A stretch of DNA of 63,938 nt, filler included, from Chiloscyllium plagiosum (taxonomy: Eukaryota), in NCBI RefSeq assembly GCF_004010195.1. It is 4 parts of one record of this genome, joined end to end, with 100 filler letters (N's around TTAATTAATTAA, not from the genome) between each part and the next. Parts side by side here need not be neighbours in the genome. Positions count along the whole stretch, not along the records: positions 12,991 to 27,033 come from NC_057713.1; positions 27,134 to 55,555 come from NC_057713.1; 2 more parts are not named here. One strand, 5' to 3'. The translations under genes were made by a program, and so were the position numbers. This document shows, piece by piece, positions 20,680 to 34,420 of this stretch (position 1 is its first letter; each line of letters begins with the position of its first letter). Under the pieces are notes generated by a model, which saw nothing but the letters and a program-made list of their open reading frames with translations, was not told the DNA's origin and ran no database searches.

Positions 20680-21830
20680 CAACATTTGGTACTCATCCAT
20701 GACTGCCCTTGAGAAGGTGGTGATAAGCTGATTTCTTTAATCACTACAGTCTATCTCATATCGTTCAACCCACAGTGCTGTTGGGTACGAGTTCCGGGAT
20801 TTTGACACAAAGACAATAATGGAATGGTGATATTGTTCCAAGCTTAGGATGATATGTGGTTTGAAGGCAAAATTGCAGGGGATGATGTTCTACTTTGTCA
20901 GCTGCCTTTGGCCTTCTGGAGGGTAAAGGTTCCGGTTCTGGAATAAGTTGTCTCAGGAGCCTTGATGAGTTGTTGCAGTGCATCTTGTAAATGGTGCATA
21001 CTGCTATAGTGATGGTAGGAGTAAATGTTTATCTTGGATGTCGTTGAGCTTCGTGTTTGCTGTTGGAGCTACACTCACCCAAGCAAGAGGGGAGTATTCT
21101 ATCATGCACCTGACTCGTATTTTGTAGATGATGGATAGGATTAGAGGAATCAAGAGTTGAGTTACTTCCCTCAGAATTCTTAGCCTCTGATGGTGCACTT
21201 GTAGCCATCATATCTATGGTACTGATCCAATTCAGATTCTGGTCAATGGTAATCACAGGTGTTCTGATATTTGAGTTTCAATGATAGCAATGCCATTGAA
21301 TGTCAAGAGGAAATGTTTAGTTTGTCTCTTGTGGTGTTAATCATTGCCTGGAACTTACATGCTACTAATATTACTTGCCAAATATCCACTCAGGTCTGAA
21401 TGTTGTCCAGGTCTTGTTAAATATTGGCGGGAATAGTTTCAGTATCAGAGGAGTCATGAAAAGTGCCTAACATCATCAGAAAACATCTCCACTTCAAATC
21501 CTGCACTGGAGGGAAGGCCATTAATAAAGCAGCAGCAGATGGTTGGGCCTAGGACACTCCCCTGAAGAACTCCTGCAGAGAGGTCCTGGAGTTGGATGAT
21601 TGGCCTTGAGCAACACCAAAACCATTCCCTTAGCTCTTGGTAATGACACCAACCAGCAGAGAGAGTTCTCCTTACTTTCCAGTGATTTCAGTTTCATTTG
21701 GGCACCTCAGTTTTGATGGTCAGGAATAGTCACTGTCACCTCACCTCTGTAGTTCAGCTCTTTTGTCTTTGTTTAGACCAGGGCATAATGACGTCAGGAG
21801 TCGAATAGCTCTCATGGAACCCAAACTGAA
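20680..21830 (-). mobile_element. Old CR1/L2-group LINE fragment
   Basis: ITIDQNLNW and IYKIRVRCMIEYSPLAW are RT C-terminal motifs. A related copy lies at 54090-54790. Confidence 0.65.
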
Positions 21831-21837
21831 CATGGAA

Positions 21838-22025
21838 TTCCCTACAATGTGTAAGCAGGCCATTTAGCCCATCAAGTCCACACCTCCCCTCCAAACAGTA
21901 TTCCACCCTATCCCTGTAACCCTGCATTTCCCATGGCCGATTATTTGAACCTGCATGCCTTTGGACTGTGGCAGGAAACCCACGCAAACATGGGGCGAAT
22001 GTGCAAACTTCACATACAGTCACAG
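21838..22025 (-). mobile_element. HE1-type SINE fragment
   Basis: Reverse complement of the core seen at 43801-44107 (gtgtgaagtttgcacattc...gtgggtttcc). Confidence 0.7.
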
Positions 22026-23149
22026 ACATTACACTCATCTCCTTTACAGTTTGGATCCTCATCCCTTCTGTTGCGCCATCTTTACCTGCAGAATTGTTTG
22101 TTGTGACCTGCCGTTCAACTGTCTGTGGCTTCTTTGTTAAGAAAGCATAACCAGGGGAAGAAATTACAAACTTGGAGAAGTATTGTCCGGTGGCTGTAGT
22201 GAAGTAAGATAGATACAATCAATAAGAGGGAGGAAGGCTTTCCATTGTTGGAGATGAACCCTGAGTGTTGTTTATGACCGTTGCAAGGAGAGATATAGTG
22301 GGTGAGTTTGTGTTTGTACAAAGAAGGAGACCAATTATTATTGATTGGAGAAGGAGCTTATAGAGTCTGGGAGAATAATTTTAAAGTCTCTGAGGAGGAG
22401 CCGTTGTGGAGAGGGGATTATGGTGTGTCATAAACCTCCCATGGTATAGTGTGATTTGTATAGAGTTGAGAAGACTTCACCTTTGTTGTCCTGGTGAGTC
22501 CAGTGATGCCTTTCCTTTAACAAAGCCATGCCTTGCGGTGAAGGTGAGCATTTTCCGCCTCGACAACTCCCCTCTGGGGTTGCTATTGGCTGTGTCTCCT
22601 GATGCCATCCCTTGGAAAACAAAATCTGTGTTTCTGGTACCATACTTATCTGATCAACACCTTTGTCATGATGCCCCTACAACATGGAGTTCCTGCTCTC
22701 GATGTTCTGCAGATGTAGAATGCAACTGGAGAAATGACAGAGGTTATGTTTCTCAAGCTTAGTGATGACTGGCCTAAAGTCATTTCAAGTCCCCCTCTGT
22801 CTCTCAATAGCACATCTAACCTATAAAAACCCAGTGGATCATACCCAACATCTTGTTTCCCACTTGAATATGCTTCCAAATATTTTTAATGACTAGATGA
22901 CTCACCATGAAAACAAAGGCAGGCCTTGCAAACCATTCAGGCCTTCAGGTGTCATAAAGGGATAGCTAGAATTACTGAATTGCTCTGTATCTGCTACAGG
23001 AGGATGGTCTACCCGAGGACTTTCCCTTCAGATCAGGAGGTTTTGCACTGTCTCAAACAACATGAGATTTCAAGCCTCTCTGAAACTGCCTCCTTTTAAA
23101 AAGAAAACGACTTTTCAAGCTACTCTGATCTATTCTGGACAGAGTAAAT

Positions 23150-23570
23150 AAGAAAGAAAGGTTTGCATTTATGCAATGCCTTTCCCAGCCTTAGGGTATG
23201 CAAAGCTGCTCTACAGCCACTGAAATACTTTCGAAACGGCAGCAGATCAGTGCACAGCAAGATCCCACAAGCAACATATTGACCATGACCAAATAATGTA
23301 TATTTTTGATGCTGGGTGAGCAGGAAATATTGGCTGGGACATTGGAGTGAACTTCCCACTCTACCACAGGATCTGTTACATTTTTCCCTAGAGGTCAGTC
23401 GAGACCTTGGTCTAATGCCTCATCTGAAAGAAGGCTATTTTGACAGTGCAACTCTTCCTTAGCACTGCACTGAAGTATCCGCCGAATTTCATGCTCAGGT
23501 GTCTGACCTGGGGAGTATATCCACAAATGCCTGTCTCTGAGCTGAGAATGTTACCCTTAAGTCACAGTTG
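23150..23570 (-). mobile_element. Old DeuSINE-like (SacSINE/AmnSINE-type) element
   Basis: gacagtgcaactcttccttagcactgcactgaagt resembles the Deu-domain consensus. Recognised from memory only. Confidence 0.45.
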
Positions 23571-26024
23571 ATCTATCGTACTTTAAGTGTCTAATTATGA
23601 TCTATCTTTTACAACTTGATTCATATCTCTATCTCCGTTGCAATTTTCCCTCCAACATCAGTCAGTGCTTCCCCTGAGATTTGCCTTCTTGTTCCACTGA
23701 GCTCCAAAAATATCATTGAATAGCTTTCTCTTCCTTTTTCCAATATAATGTTTCGTACATTGCTGGTACTCATTTTTGTCTGATTACATTCTTGTAAATA
23801 CCTCAGAACATTTTACTTCATCAAAAGTGCTATATGAATGTAAGTTGTTAAACTTGTTGTTGAAACTATTGCACTGGTACACAGTGACACTTAAACAAAA
23901 AACGGTGGAGGTCCTTACCTTTCATAGCTTTCCTTTTCTTTCATCTTTAATTCCTCCATGGTCTTGCCTCTCTTGACATTTGCAACCTCCTCCAACCCCC
24001 TATGCTCCTCCTTCTACCCATTTCTATGAATCTCAAATTTCCGCTGGAAGCCGTGTCCTGACAGAGGTTCTTAGCTCTGGAATTCCGTCTCTCCACCTCT
24101 CAAGCCTGTTTCTCCTCCTCCTTGATGTCAGTCTTTAAACCTGATTGGTTGGCCAAGCTCTTAGCCATCTGTCCTAATATCTGATGTGACTGAGCATCAA
24201 ATTTTGTTAATGATCCTATGAAGTGCCTTGGTGCAGGTTATTAGGTTAAAGTATATAAACGCAGGCTGTTTAAGTTGTTGCTCATAATTTCACAAAATGC
24301 AATCATGGTGTCACCTAGTTGCAACTTCTGGAACTGTCTCATCTTTCCCTTCACTCTATTCAGCCTGCATGCTCACTGCAGAGTCTAAAAGAAGGGAGCA
24401 CATGACATCTTGTGTCAAAATGTCCAATGCACTTCAAAGAAAGATGAAAGACAAAGTTAAACTGCCCCACAGTCAGCAAGGAGTTAAAACCTAAACCAAT
24501 TGTTTTTCTTCAGCATCATCCGCCTGTGGCACCAGACTTAAATATCTTTGAGGAAAAGTGCTTTCCAAGTGTTTGTATCGCACTGTCACGCTAAACTATG
24601 AAGTGTTTACACTTGGACTTGAATAACAACAAGTTCTTGGAATGGAGGTGATATGAATTGGAAGAGACTGTCTCAGAGTCTGTGGCCTTATTGACATTAC
24701 CTCACATGGCCTTAGGCAGCTTTCCTTCTGGCACGTGCTGTGGGTGACAGAAGGTCCTTGTTTAGTAATGAAATGGACGTTCAGGAGTTTCTTTTCTACA
24801 CGGTCGGATTTTTTAAAGCCATAATTGGATCCTGTACGGACGCCAGCTGAAGTCAAAGGGCTACTACAGGGAAACCTTGCACTGCACGGTGCCTCTGAAA
24901 ATAAATATAGCATAAGGATAAATTAATAGCACTCACTCTGCATCCCAGTAAGTGAGATCAGATGGCAACTTATCCTGGCTCAAAGCTTGATGAAATAAGA
25001 GCAGCGTCACATAAAAAGCCAAAATGGCTACTGTGGATCTGCTCTGTAATTACTTTTAAAAGCAAATACAAATTGTCAAACATCCTGTACAATTCTTAAA
25101 TATATGTCGATTCATAACATTATCTTAATGCCAAATATGCTGCTTTTCATTTGGCCAATGAAATGAAATAAGATTTTGGACAGAATGGTAGATAGGTCTT
25201 TGAATTTTTCTGAACCTCACTGTTGACATGCAATTTCTCATCCTTCCTGAATTTCCCATCCAGTTTCCCTCAACTCTTCATTCTCTTCTTCAAGACAATG
25301 TAACTCATGCTAGAGCTGAAATCAACACTGAGCCTGGTTTACTTTCTGGTAGTTTCCTAAACGGTTGTCCCAATTCCTTTCTCGTTCTTGTTACTATAAG
25401 TGTCCTCTGAAGGCAATGGCAGTCAGACTCAGTTCGGCCCTCTCTGGAGGTTCACCAGGAGGTAGGTGGTGGCCACAGGGAGGTGCTTGGAAAAAGAGAC
25501 CAGAATGAATTTTTGATCCTTTCCCCCTCTCGAATCTGGGTACCAAGTCCAATCATAGTGTTCCATGCAGGCTGGGGTAAGATGGGCAAACTTAACACAA
25601 AATAGGACATGAGCTCAATGATCTGTATAATTCATACATGTGTTGGACAATGTATTTTAATTCCAATTCTTAATGCTCATTATAGGTAAATAGGCTTAAA
25701 AATGGATTGAATCTTAAGGGCTCATTTCTATTAATAGCAAAAAAGGGATTGGAGTGTCAACAGCCCAAAGTTTCCTGTCTGCTTCTCTGGTTCTGGTTGT
25801 ATTGGCATCACTGACTATTATCTGCATTCTGCCACCATTCCTATGGGTAGTACCAGCCAACCAGCTGCTGAGATGGTCTTCCTCACAACGAGAACTTGGT
25901 AAATGGAAATCTTGGAATTCTACAGTGTGGAAGCAGGCCATTCAACATTTCCAATTAACCCTCTGAAGAGCATCCCACCCAGGCCCACCTGACCTACCCT
26001 ATCCCCATAACCCTGCATTTCCAT

Positions 26025-26712
26025 GGTTTTGGGGCCAATGTTGTTTGTCATTTTGATAAATGATCTGGATATGGGCGCAGAAGGAAATTTACAGATGACA
26101 CTGCAGAATTGAGGATAGTGCCGAACGATGTTGTGGGTTACAGAGGAACATTGATAAGATGCAGAGCTGGGCCGAGAAGTGGCAAATGGATTTTAATGTG
26201 GAAAAAGTGTGAGCTAGTTCACTTTGGAAGAAGTAACAGGAATGCAGAGTACTGGGTTAATAGTAAAATTCTTGGCAGTATAGATGAACAGAGAGATCTC
26301 GGTGTCCAGGTGCATAAATCCATGAAAATTGCCACCAGGTTGATAAGGTTGCTAAGAAAGCATATGGTGTGTTTCCACTTATTGGTAGGGGGAATTGAGT
26401 TTCGGAGCCACTAAGTCATGTTTCAGCTGTACAAGACACTGGTAAGACTGCACCTGGAGTATTGCATGCACTTCTGATCACCGCATTATAGGAAGGATGT
26501 GGAAGCTTTGGAAAGGGTTCAGAGGAGATTGCCTGGAATGGAAGGAAGGTCTTATGAGGAAAGGCTGAGGGAATTGAGGCTGTTTTTGTTGGAGAGAAGA
26601 AGGTTGAGAGGTGACTTAATCGAGACGTATGAGATAATCAGAGGGTTAGATAGCATGGACAATGAGTGCCTTTTCCCTCCGATGGTGAAGGCTAACATGA
26701 GGGGACATAGCG
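26025..26712 (+). mobile_element. CR1 LINE ORF2 3' fragment
   Basis: KKCELVHFGRSN...EQRDLGVQVH; ALERVQRR...SYEERLRELRLFLLERRRLRGDLIETY. Confidence 0.85.
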
Positions 26713-27033
26713 TTCAAAGTTTGTGCGAAGATTTGTAGCTCGGGTGCTCATTATTGTGGTTCTGTTCGCCGAGCTGGAAGTTTTTGTTGCAAACGTTTCG
26801 TCCCCTGGCTAGGCGACATCATCAGTGCTTGGGAGCCTCCTGCGAAGCGCTTCTTTGATGTTTCCTCCGGTGTTTATAGTGGTCTGTCCCTGCCGCTTCG
26901 GGTTGTCAGTTTCAGCTGTCCGCTGTAATGGTTGGTATATTGGGTCCAGGTCGATGTGTTTATTGATGGAGTTTGTGGATGAATGCCATGCCTCTAGGAA
27001 TTCCCTGGCTGTTCTCTGTCTGGCTTGACCTAT
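26713..27033 (-). mobile_element. Penelope-like element 3' end (second family), truncated by the gap
   Basis: Near-identical to 34036-34420, which encodes IGQAKQRTAREFLEAWHS...SINKHIDLDPIY (GIY-YIG C-terminus). Confidence 0.8.
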
Positions 27034-28812
27034 NNNNNNNNNNNNNNNNNNNNNNNNNNNNNNNNNNNNNNNNNNNNTTAATTAATTAANNNNNNNNNNN
27101 NNNNNNNNNNNNNNNNNNNNNNNNNNNNNNNNNCACTGCCTGCGCTGCCATGACTCTACACTTAGTCTCCAAAACAAGAACACTAAGTAGCTTACCTGTT
27201 CAGCTGACTGAGTCCTGTTTTTTAGGTTAGAGGAGGAGGGAGGGTGGGAGACATTACACGTGTAGTGTCTCGGGTTCCTTCTCCACTCAAACTTCTTACC
27301 TTCCCAGAAGCCTCTGTTGACGACTTCCGGGTTCCCGCTCCTAATTGAAAAAAAACACAGACTGCGAAAAGAAAAACATTAATTTAAACTGGTCTCCGCT
27401 TACCTTCCAGCTCCCCTCTCTGTGTGCCCGCTGTAGCCCTGAAGTCTCCTCCAACTCAACAAACCTCCGAGATACCTCTGCTGCTCCAGTTCTGATCTCT
27501 TGCAAATTACCAATTTCTTTCCCTCAACCATTGACAGCCATATTGTGGTTGGCTAAGCCTTTGGAGCCAAACACTAAATGTAAAGTGCTATTAGTCACTA
27601 TTACTGTCGTTAAATTACTCCAGAGCTTTTATCCTTTACTGTTAAAGTTAAAGGTCTGTTCCATGTGTTCACTGTTTTTTGGGCTTATTTTGACTGAGGG
27701 AAATAGAAAACAGGAGAGATTTAAACTGGCCTGCTCATTCTCAATCACCCATTTTACATTATTGCACAAAATCGAAATATTCTCCTTCCAGTGAAAATGC
27801 TCCGGACATCAATTACTTGTTTGAACCCATCCTCTCATTCTGCTTTCACTTTTAACAAGAAGTAATTGTCTAAAATTTACTGCTTTACAAAGTTACATCC
27901 AATCAACTATCAGTTGTTGCACCTGAAAGAAGGAAACTCAAGTTTTCCCAAAGCTCGATCTAACTCTGGGCCAGGTTTTGGTGAATAAACAGTAGTGGGA
28001 ATTTTAAATATATCCAACACTTCAGGAATCAGGCATTTTAACACTCTATCATTTCATTCCTGACGGTCAACCTCCCATCTGTTTGGGAAGGAAGTCAGTG
28101 AGAAGCAGTGTGAACCAGTAGAGAGGGAGGCTATCCACTTCGGCTAAATAGGCAGTGGGTTGGTTATTGTGATCATTCAGGAACATCTCAGCCTGGGGTA
28201 GGGGGTTGGAAACAGTCCATGCTGGTAGTAGCTGAAGCTTTTCATCTTCTCCTCTCCTCCAATAGAAAGTTAATAATTATCTTTTTTGTACTGTCATCTG
28301 AACCCAATTCTCTTCTGTACTCTCTTTACCTTGCAGCCATTGACTTTTGAGGACACTATCAAAATGTGTGTCTGTAAACATGCACATGGCTGGCTTTGGG
28401 CAGATATCTTCGCTGCTTGCTAGCAGATTAAATTGGAACCCACCTCCATGAGAAGGAAATATCACACTCAACTTTACCCCACTCCACCTGCCCGACAACC
28501 TGTCTCAGCTTCCCTAAAGTTCCTTCATCAATCCACCAACCAAAAAATGGTTGGTCGCCTTACTGCCCCATTAACATCGATGAGAAGGCTGACCACATTT
28601 TGAACAGGCCGTGACATGCAAAGTGCAATCATTTTTCATAGGGGATAGAGTTAAAGAGATCTGACCTAAGTAGGCTTGTATTTTTTTGTTTTTGGAAGAA
28701 TAAAAGCATTCTTATTTCAGACCTTACTGATCACTACCACCAACTGACCATTGCCACATGACTGGCAGCTAAGACAGGCAGATATTGGTAGGCCTCAACC
28801 TGGCGAGGTCAA

Positions 28813-29053
28813 TCAGGATGCCAGTCTGGCATCTTCTCTAACGTACTGGTAAGATGCTAATGAAGCCAATGCTCCAAAATGGTGGCTTGCCTTTTTTTTT
28901 ACACTTATTCAAAAGCAAAACTAATGTTAGGCTCAGGATGCCAGTCTGGCATCTTCTCTAACGTACTGGTAAGATGCTAATGAAGCCAATGCTCCAAAAT
29001 GGTGGCTTGCCTTTTTTTTTTACACTTATTCAAAAGCAAAACTAATGTTAGGC
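28813..29053 (+). repeat. Direct tandem duplication of 120 bp
   Basis: 28813-28932 and 28933-29053 are identical except for one extra T in the poly-T run. Confidence 0.95.
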
Positions 29054-31239
29054 TGTGCTCTGACCACAATGTTTTACTCTTTGAACATCTGATTCCATCT
29101 ATTCAGATTCGGTTTGATCCAACCGCAGTGACAAGGGTTGGTAATTCTAAGTTATGATGGTGAAACAAAATCAAACATAATTTCCAAACCCAGATTAGCA
29201 GTGTTACCATAGAGCCAATAGTTCAGAAATTACCAGAAATGGGATTAATATAATGAATAATGTAAACAGTATTTGTACTGAGAAAAATCTTGATACACTC
29301 ACCACATGCATTTGGATTGGTAACAGGCTTGGAAAATGCAATGTCATCTATCTCTTAAAGGATATATATTTCAACATTGATGAGATGACAACTGTTCTAA
29401 GCTTACTTGGGGTGGTGCCAGTATGGAAATGCTGAAGAGTTGACTCTGCCAGATGGCTGTCAAGGCCAATGAAAGTTAAAAGGAGATGAGAAATGGGGGA
29501 GGGGGAATCTGATTGATTTTCCATCTGTCAATTATACTTAGTGTCATAGAATGATTCAGTGCAGGAGGCTATTCAGTCCATTGCTCAGGGATAGAACAAC
29601 TCAATTAGTCTTCACCATTCCCCTGTAGCTCTGTATTCACTCCCCCTTCAAAGAATAGTCCAATTGTTTTTCTGAAAGTTAATTCATCTGAAGGCATGAG
29701 GGAGCCCTTAAAGGTTTCCAGGTTGCTTACTGAGGATTATTGCTGCTCTTCCTAACTTTCGAGGAAACTAGCAAAAAAATAATAATGACTGACTGTGCTG
29801 AGGAAGGTCAGCTCCCAGCTATTGTTCTCAGCAGTGTTTGACCTGGTTGCTACCACTGGTAATGTCTGTTTAAAATAATTGATAACACATTTGAAATTAA
29901 TTTGTATACTTAAAGGTGACCTCGCTGGCTTTGGTTGGAGTTGTGGTTTAAATTTGTATTGGGCCAGGCCAAAGCTGGAATGGTAAGGGTGATTTTAACT
30001 GCTTACCAAGGCAGTGGGCTAGAAACTGAGGTTAAAATAATCACCATCACCAGCACTGCCCATCCACACCCAGGCCCATGAAATGTCTGTGAACTAAAGT
30101 CTCAGACCATAAATGTAAATGTGAAATATGAGACTATACAGCATGCCTACCTCTTACAAACCAATGGCATGTACCAGAAGTCGCCATCTTGCAGCCTGCC
30201 TGTATCTATTTGTGTAATACCCTGAAATGACCTTTCCCTCTCAGGCTATTGTATATCTGTTGCTGAGCAACATGGCACATCCATCTTAATTTGATCCATC
30301 TGCATGCCAGGGAGTTCTGAGCATAACTGATGGAATAACTGGTAGTATCAGTGACGTCCAGCATAACTATGTGTTGGCCGTCAGTCATAATTCCTGATAA
30401 GGCACCACTGTTAAGCACATTTGTAGCACACTCAGTTTTACACAAGGATAGTATCTAAGGGCTTAGCTCCAAACTGTCACCTGTCACATGCTGCCAAAAA
30501 TTGTATGGTAATTTGTCAGTTTGCAAATTGTAGTCAATTTTCAAGCAGGGATAGAGGAAGTCAGTATTAAGATTTTATAACTGTCATAAAATGTTCAAAG
30601 GTCTGATATGAAGTAATAGTTGCAACACTTTTGAAGATATCCTGTGACATTTGCCCCATTTAATACCCCACATAAGATTTCAAAACTAATTGATATTCTG
30701 CCACAGGATAGCAGTTCAAAATTCAATGGAGTCATCATTAACTTTAATCCATTGTCAGGCAAACCAATGGGTTTAGTTGCAAAGTTTAACACACGAGAAA
30801 ATGCCAATTTCATTGAAACCAGTTGTACCACATTATATGGGTTTTCCACTTAAAGAGGAAGATGTGATGTAAGGTATGTAAAATGTATTCACATTTCAAT
30901 ATTATTCATTTTAGTATTTAGATTTTTGAAGTAGTGGCATGAGGGTTTTGGTTTGTCTGTATGAGCTGCTTTAATGCTTGATCTGTCATTATTTCTGGAG
31001 CCTTTCTTTTTGCCCAGAGATATATCCTAATCTGTGAATAGGAATTTATTTGCATTGGAAGAGGTATACGAGTGAACATGGAAAAAAATTAAGGAGTATT
31101 AGTCTGTTTTCAGTTGGAGCAGGAATTGATCCTTTTTGTTTTGTTTAGGGAAAATACCCATAGCATAGAAAGCGTTTGTTTCAGTTTGCTGAAAGTCCTG
31201 AATGAAGTTGAATATATGAATCAGTTTCTTTAGAGAACA

Positions 31240-32485
31240 AAGGTCTCGTTGCTCCTCATCTTTTCCTAAACTGCCGCCATTCAGATAATAATCTGCCTTC
31301 CTGTTTTTGTGACCAAAGTGGATAACCTCACATATATCTACATTACATTGGACTTGCCAAGTATTTGCCCACTCAACCAGTCTCAAGTCACTCTGCAGCC
31401 TCTTAGTATCCTCTTCATAGCAAACACTGCCACTCAGCTGAGTATTGTCTGCAAATTTGAGAAATGGCATTCAATTCCTTTGTCCATATCAGTAATGTCT
31501 ATTGTGAATAGCTGTGGTTCCAGCACTAAACCCTATGGCACATACTCGTCTCTGCCTACCACTCTGAAAAGGACCCATTTGTTCCAACTCTCTGCTTCCT
31601 GTCTGCCAACCAGTTCTCTCTCCATATCAATACATTGCCTCTGATACCATGAGCTTTAATTTTTCTCACTAATCTCTTGGGGGGAACCTTGTCAAAATTC
31701 TTTTGAAAATGCAGGTACACAAAATCTATTGATTCACCCTTGTCTACTCTACTGGCCTCAAAAAGATTCCTCAAGGTTTGTCGAGCATGATTTCCCTTCA
31801 GTGAATCCATGCTGACTTGGAACAATCCTGTCTCTGCCTTCCAAATGCTCAGTTATTACACCCTTAATAATTTGGCTCCCGCATTTTCCCCAACGTGTAT
31901 GTCAGGCTAACTGGCCTATAATTCCCGTTCTCTCTCTCCCTCCTTTTTTAAAGAGAGGAGTTACATTAGCTACCCTCCAGTCCATTGTAACTCTACCAGT
32001 GTCTAGAGAATGCCTGAAAATGATCAACAGTGCATCTGCTATTCTGAGGACCATTTCCTTAAGTACTCTGGGATGCAGCGCATCAGGCCCTGGGTATGTA
32101 TTGGGTTTTAATCCCATCAATTTCCCCATAATCATTTCCTGACTTATAAGGATTTCCTTCAGTTCCTCCTTCATGCTTAACCCTCTGTCCCCAAGCATTT
32201 CCTGAAGATTATCTGTATCCTCCTTAGAGAAGACAGATTCAAAATATTTGTTCAGTTGGTCCACCATCTCTTTGTTGTCCATTATGAATTCACCTGATTC
32301 TGACTGTAAGGGACCTACATTTGTTTTCACCAGTTTTTTCTCTTCACACATTTATAGAAACCTTTGCAGTCAATTTTTATGTTTGCTGCAAATTACTTTC
32401 ATATTCTATTTACCCTTTCCAAATTAAACCCTTTGTCCTCCTCTGCTGAATTTTAAATTTCTCCCAGTCCTTAGGTTTGCTGCTT
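31240..32485 (-). mobile_element. CR1 LINE ORF2 (RT) fragment
   Basis: PGPDALHPRVLKE, DWRVANVTPLFKKG, FDKVPPKRL, KFADNTQL. Confidence 0.88.
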
Positions 32486-34035
32486 AAGTTAAGTCAAACC
32501 TATAGATGAAATATGGAATTATCTCTGGTGTTTGAGTAGGAAGCCATTGGAATTGATGGAATATACTCACAAAATTCATATCAAAAGGTTGAAAATTGTG
32601 TTAAGCACAAATAGCTTGGTTTATTCTATTTTATCATAATTTATTTTGCATAATAAACTTGCTTTATTGAAACAACTAGATCTGCAGCATTGCGTGCTTG
32701 TGCTTTATTGAAAGACCACCTCAAAAATAATCGATCAAACCCAATTTCAGTCTGGCTTTGTCCTTTAGTAATATCAGCTGGTATCATAATAAAGGTTGAA
32801 GTTATTTATTAGCAAATATAAATCCCTGAAGCCTCCTCATTTGATGAGTTTAAAGCATTGGATTGCCATTTAGCCTATAGGGAGGATAGTCCTCAATAAT
32901 GAGTAGCATTGATGTTTTGTGTCTGCACTGGCTCTCTGAAGGAATAATTCACCAAATGCCATTCTCCTGCCTTCTTCCTTAAACCCTGCACATGCGTCCT
33001 TTTCAGTATACAGTCTAATTCCCTTTTGAATGCTTTGATTGAACCTGGCTTCATCACACTTTCAGTCAGTGCATTCCACTTGTGTGAAAATGTATTTTAT
33101 CACCCTTTATACTGTTGCTTCTTTTGTGAACAATTTTCAATCCATGCCCTCTTCTTCTCTATCCCTTCATGGATGGGAACAGTTTCTTCCTATCTATTCT
33201 GTACAGATCCCTCAAGATTTTGAACACCTTGATCACATCTCCTCTCAGCCTTTTTCCTTCAAGGAAAATGGGTCCCAACTTCTTCAATCTATGTCATAAT
33301 TATTGTTCCTCATCCTGGGAAGCATTCTCATTAATCTTTTCTACATTGTCTCTACTGCCTTCACATCACGTAAAGTAAGGTGCCCAGAACTGGATGCAAT
33401 ATTCCACCCGAGGCTGCATTGTCTTCTACAAATTCACCATTACATCCTTGCTCTTGTACACATTGCCCCCATTATTGAAACCTCAACTACTGAGTGATGT
33501 ATTAACTGCACTCTCAACCTGTCTGCCACCTTATACACATATATACCACAGATCACTCTGCTACTCTCCCCTCTCCATGTTCTTCCCACCGAAATGAATC
33601 ACTTCACTTTCTTTGCAATGGAGTTCATCTGTCACCTGTCACCCATTCAACCAACTTCTTAAATGTCCTCCTCACTGTTCACAAATACTTCCATGTTGTA
33701 TATTATCAGCAAACTTGAAAACGGTGCATTGTATACCAAAATCAAGGTCAGGAAAAGGAAGGGTCCCAATTCTAATCCCTGGAAAGCTCAATTACGCACT
33801 TTCCTTGCACTCATAACATAGGAACAAGAATAGACCATTCTGCTTGTCAAACTTGCTCCATCACAAAATTTGATTATCTAACTCAGTGTCACTTTCCTGT
33901 GCTATCCCCATGTTGCTTGATGTCAATGGTTTCCAAAAATCAATTGAAACCCTTCTTGAAAATGCTCAATAGCACTCCTGGGTAGACACTGAAAAGATTC
34001 ACTGCCCTCAGAGTGAAGAGATTCCTCTTTATCTC

Positions 34036-34420
34036 AGTGTTGTGGTTCTGTTCGCCGAGCTGGGAATTTGTGTTGCAGATGTTTCGTCCCCTGTCTAGGT
34101 GACATCCTCAGTGCTTGGGAGCCTCCTGTAAAGCAGTTCTGTGATGTTTCCTCCGGCATTTATAGTGATTTGTCTATGCCGCTTCCGGTTATCAGTTCCA
34201 GCTGTCTGCTGCAATGGCCGGTATATTGGGTCCAGGTCGATGTGTTTGTTGATAGAATCTGTGGATGAGTGCCATGCCTCTAGGAATTCCCTGGCTGTTC
34301 TCTGTTTGGCTTGTCCTATAATAGTGTTGTCCCAGTCAAACTCATGTTGCTTGTCATCCGTGTTTGTGGCTATTAAGGATAGCTGGTCGTGTCGTTTCAT
34401 GGCTAGTTGGTGTACAGTCT
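34036..34420 (-). mobile_element. Penelope-like element 3' end (GIY-YIG C-terminus)
   Basis: HEFDWDNTIIGQAKQRTAREFLEAWHSSTDSINKHIDLDPIY. Confidence 0.82.

Noticed and set aside
22030..22900. Stretch with several overlapping short ORFs that looked like a decayed element or exon
   Set aside because: No motif or splice pattern that I could support.
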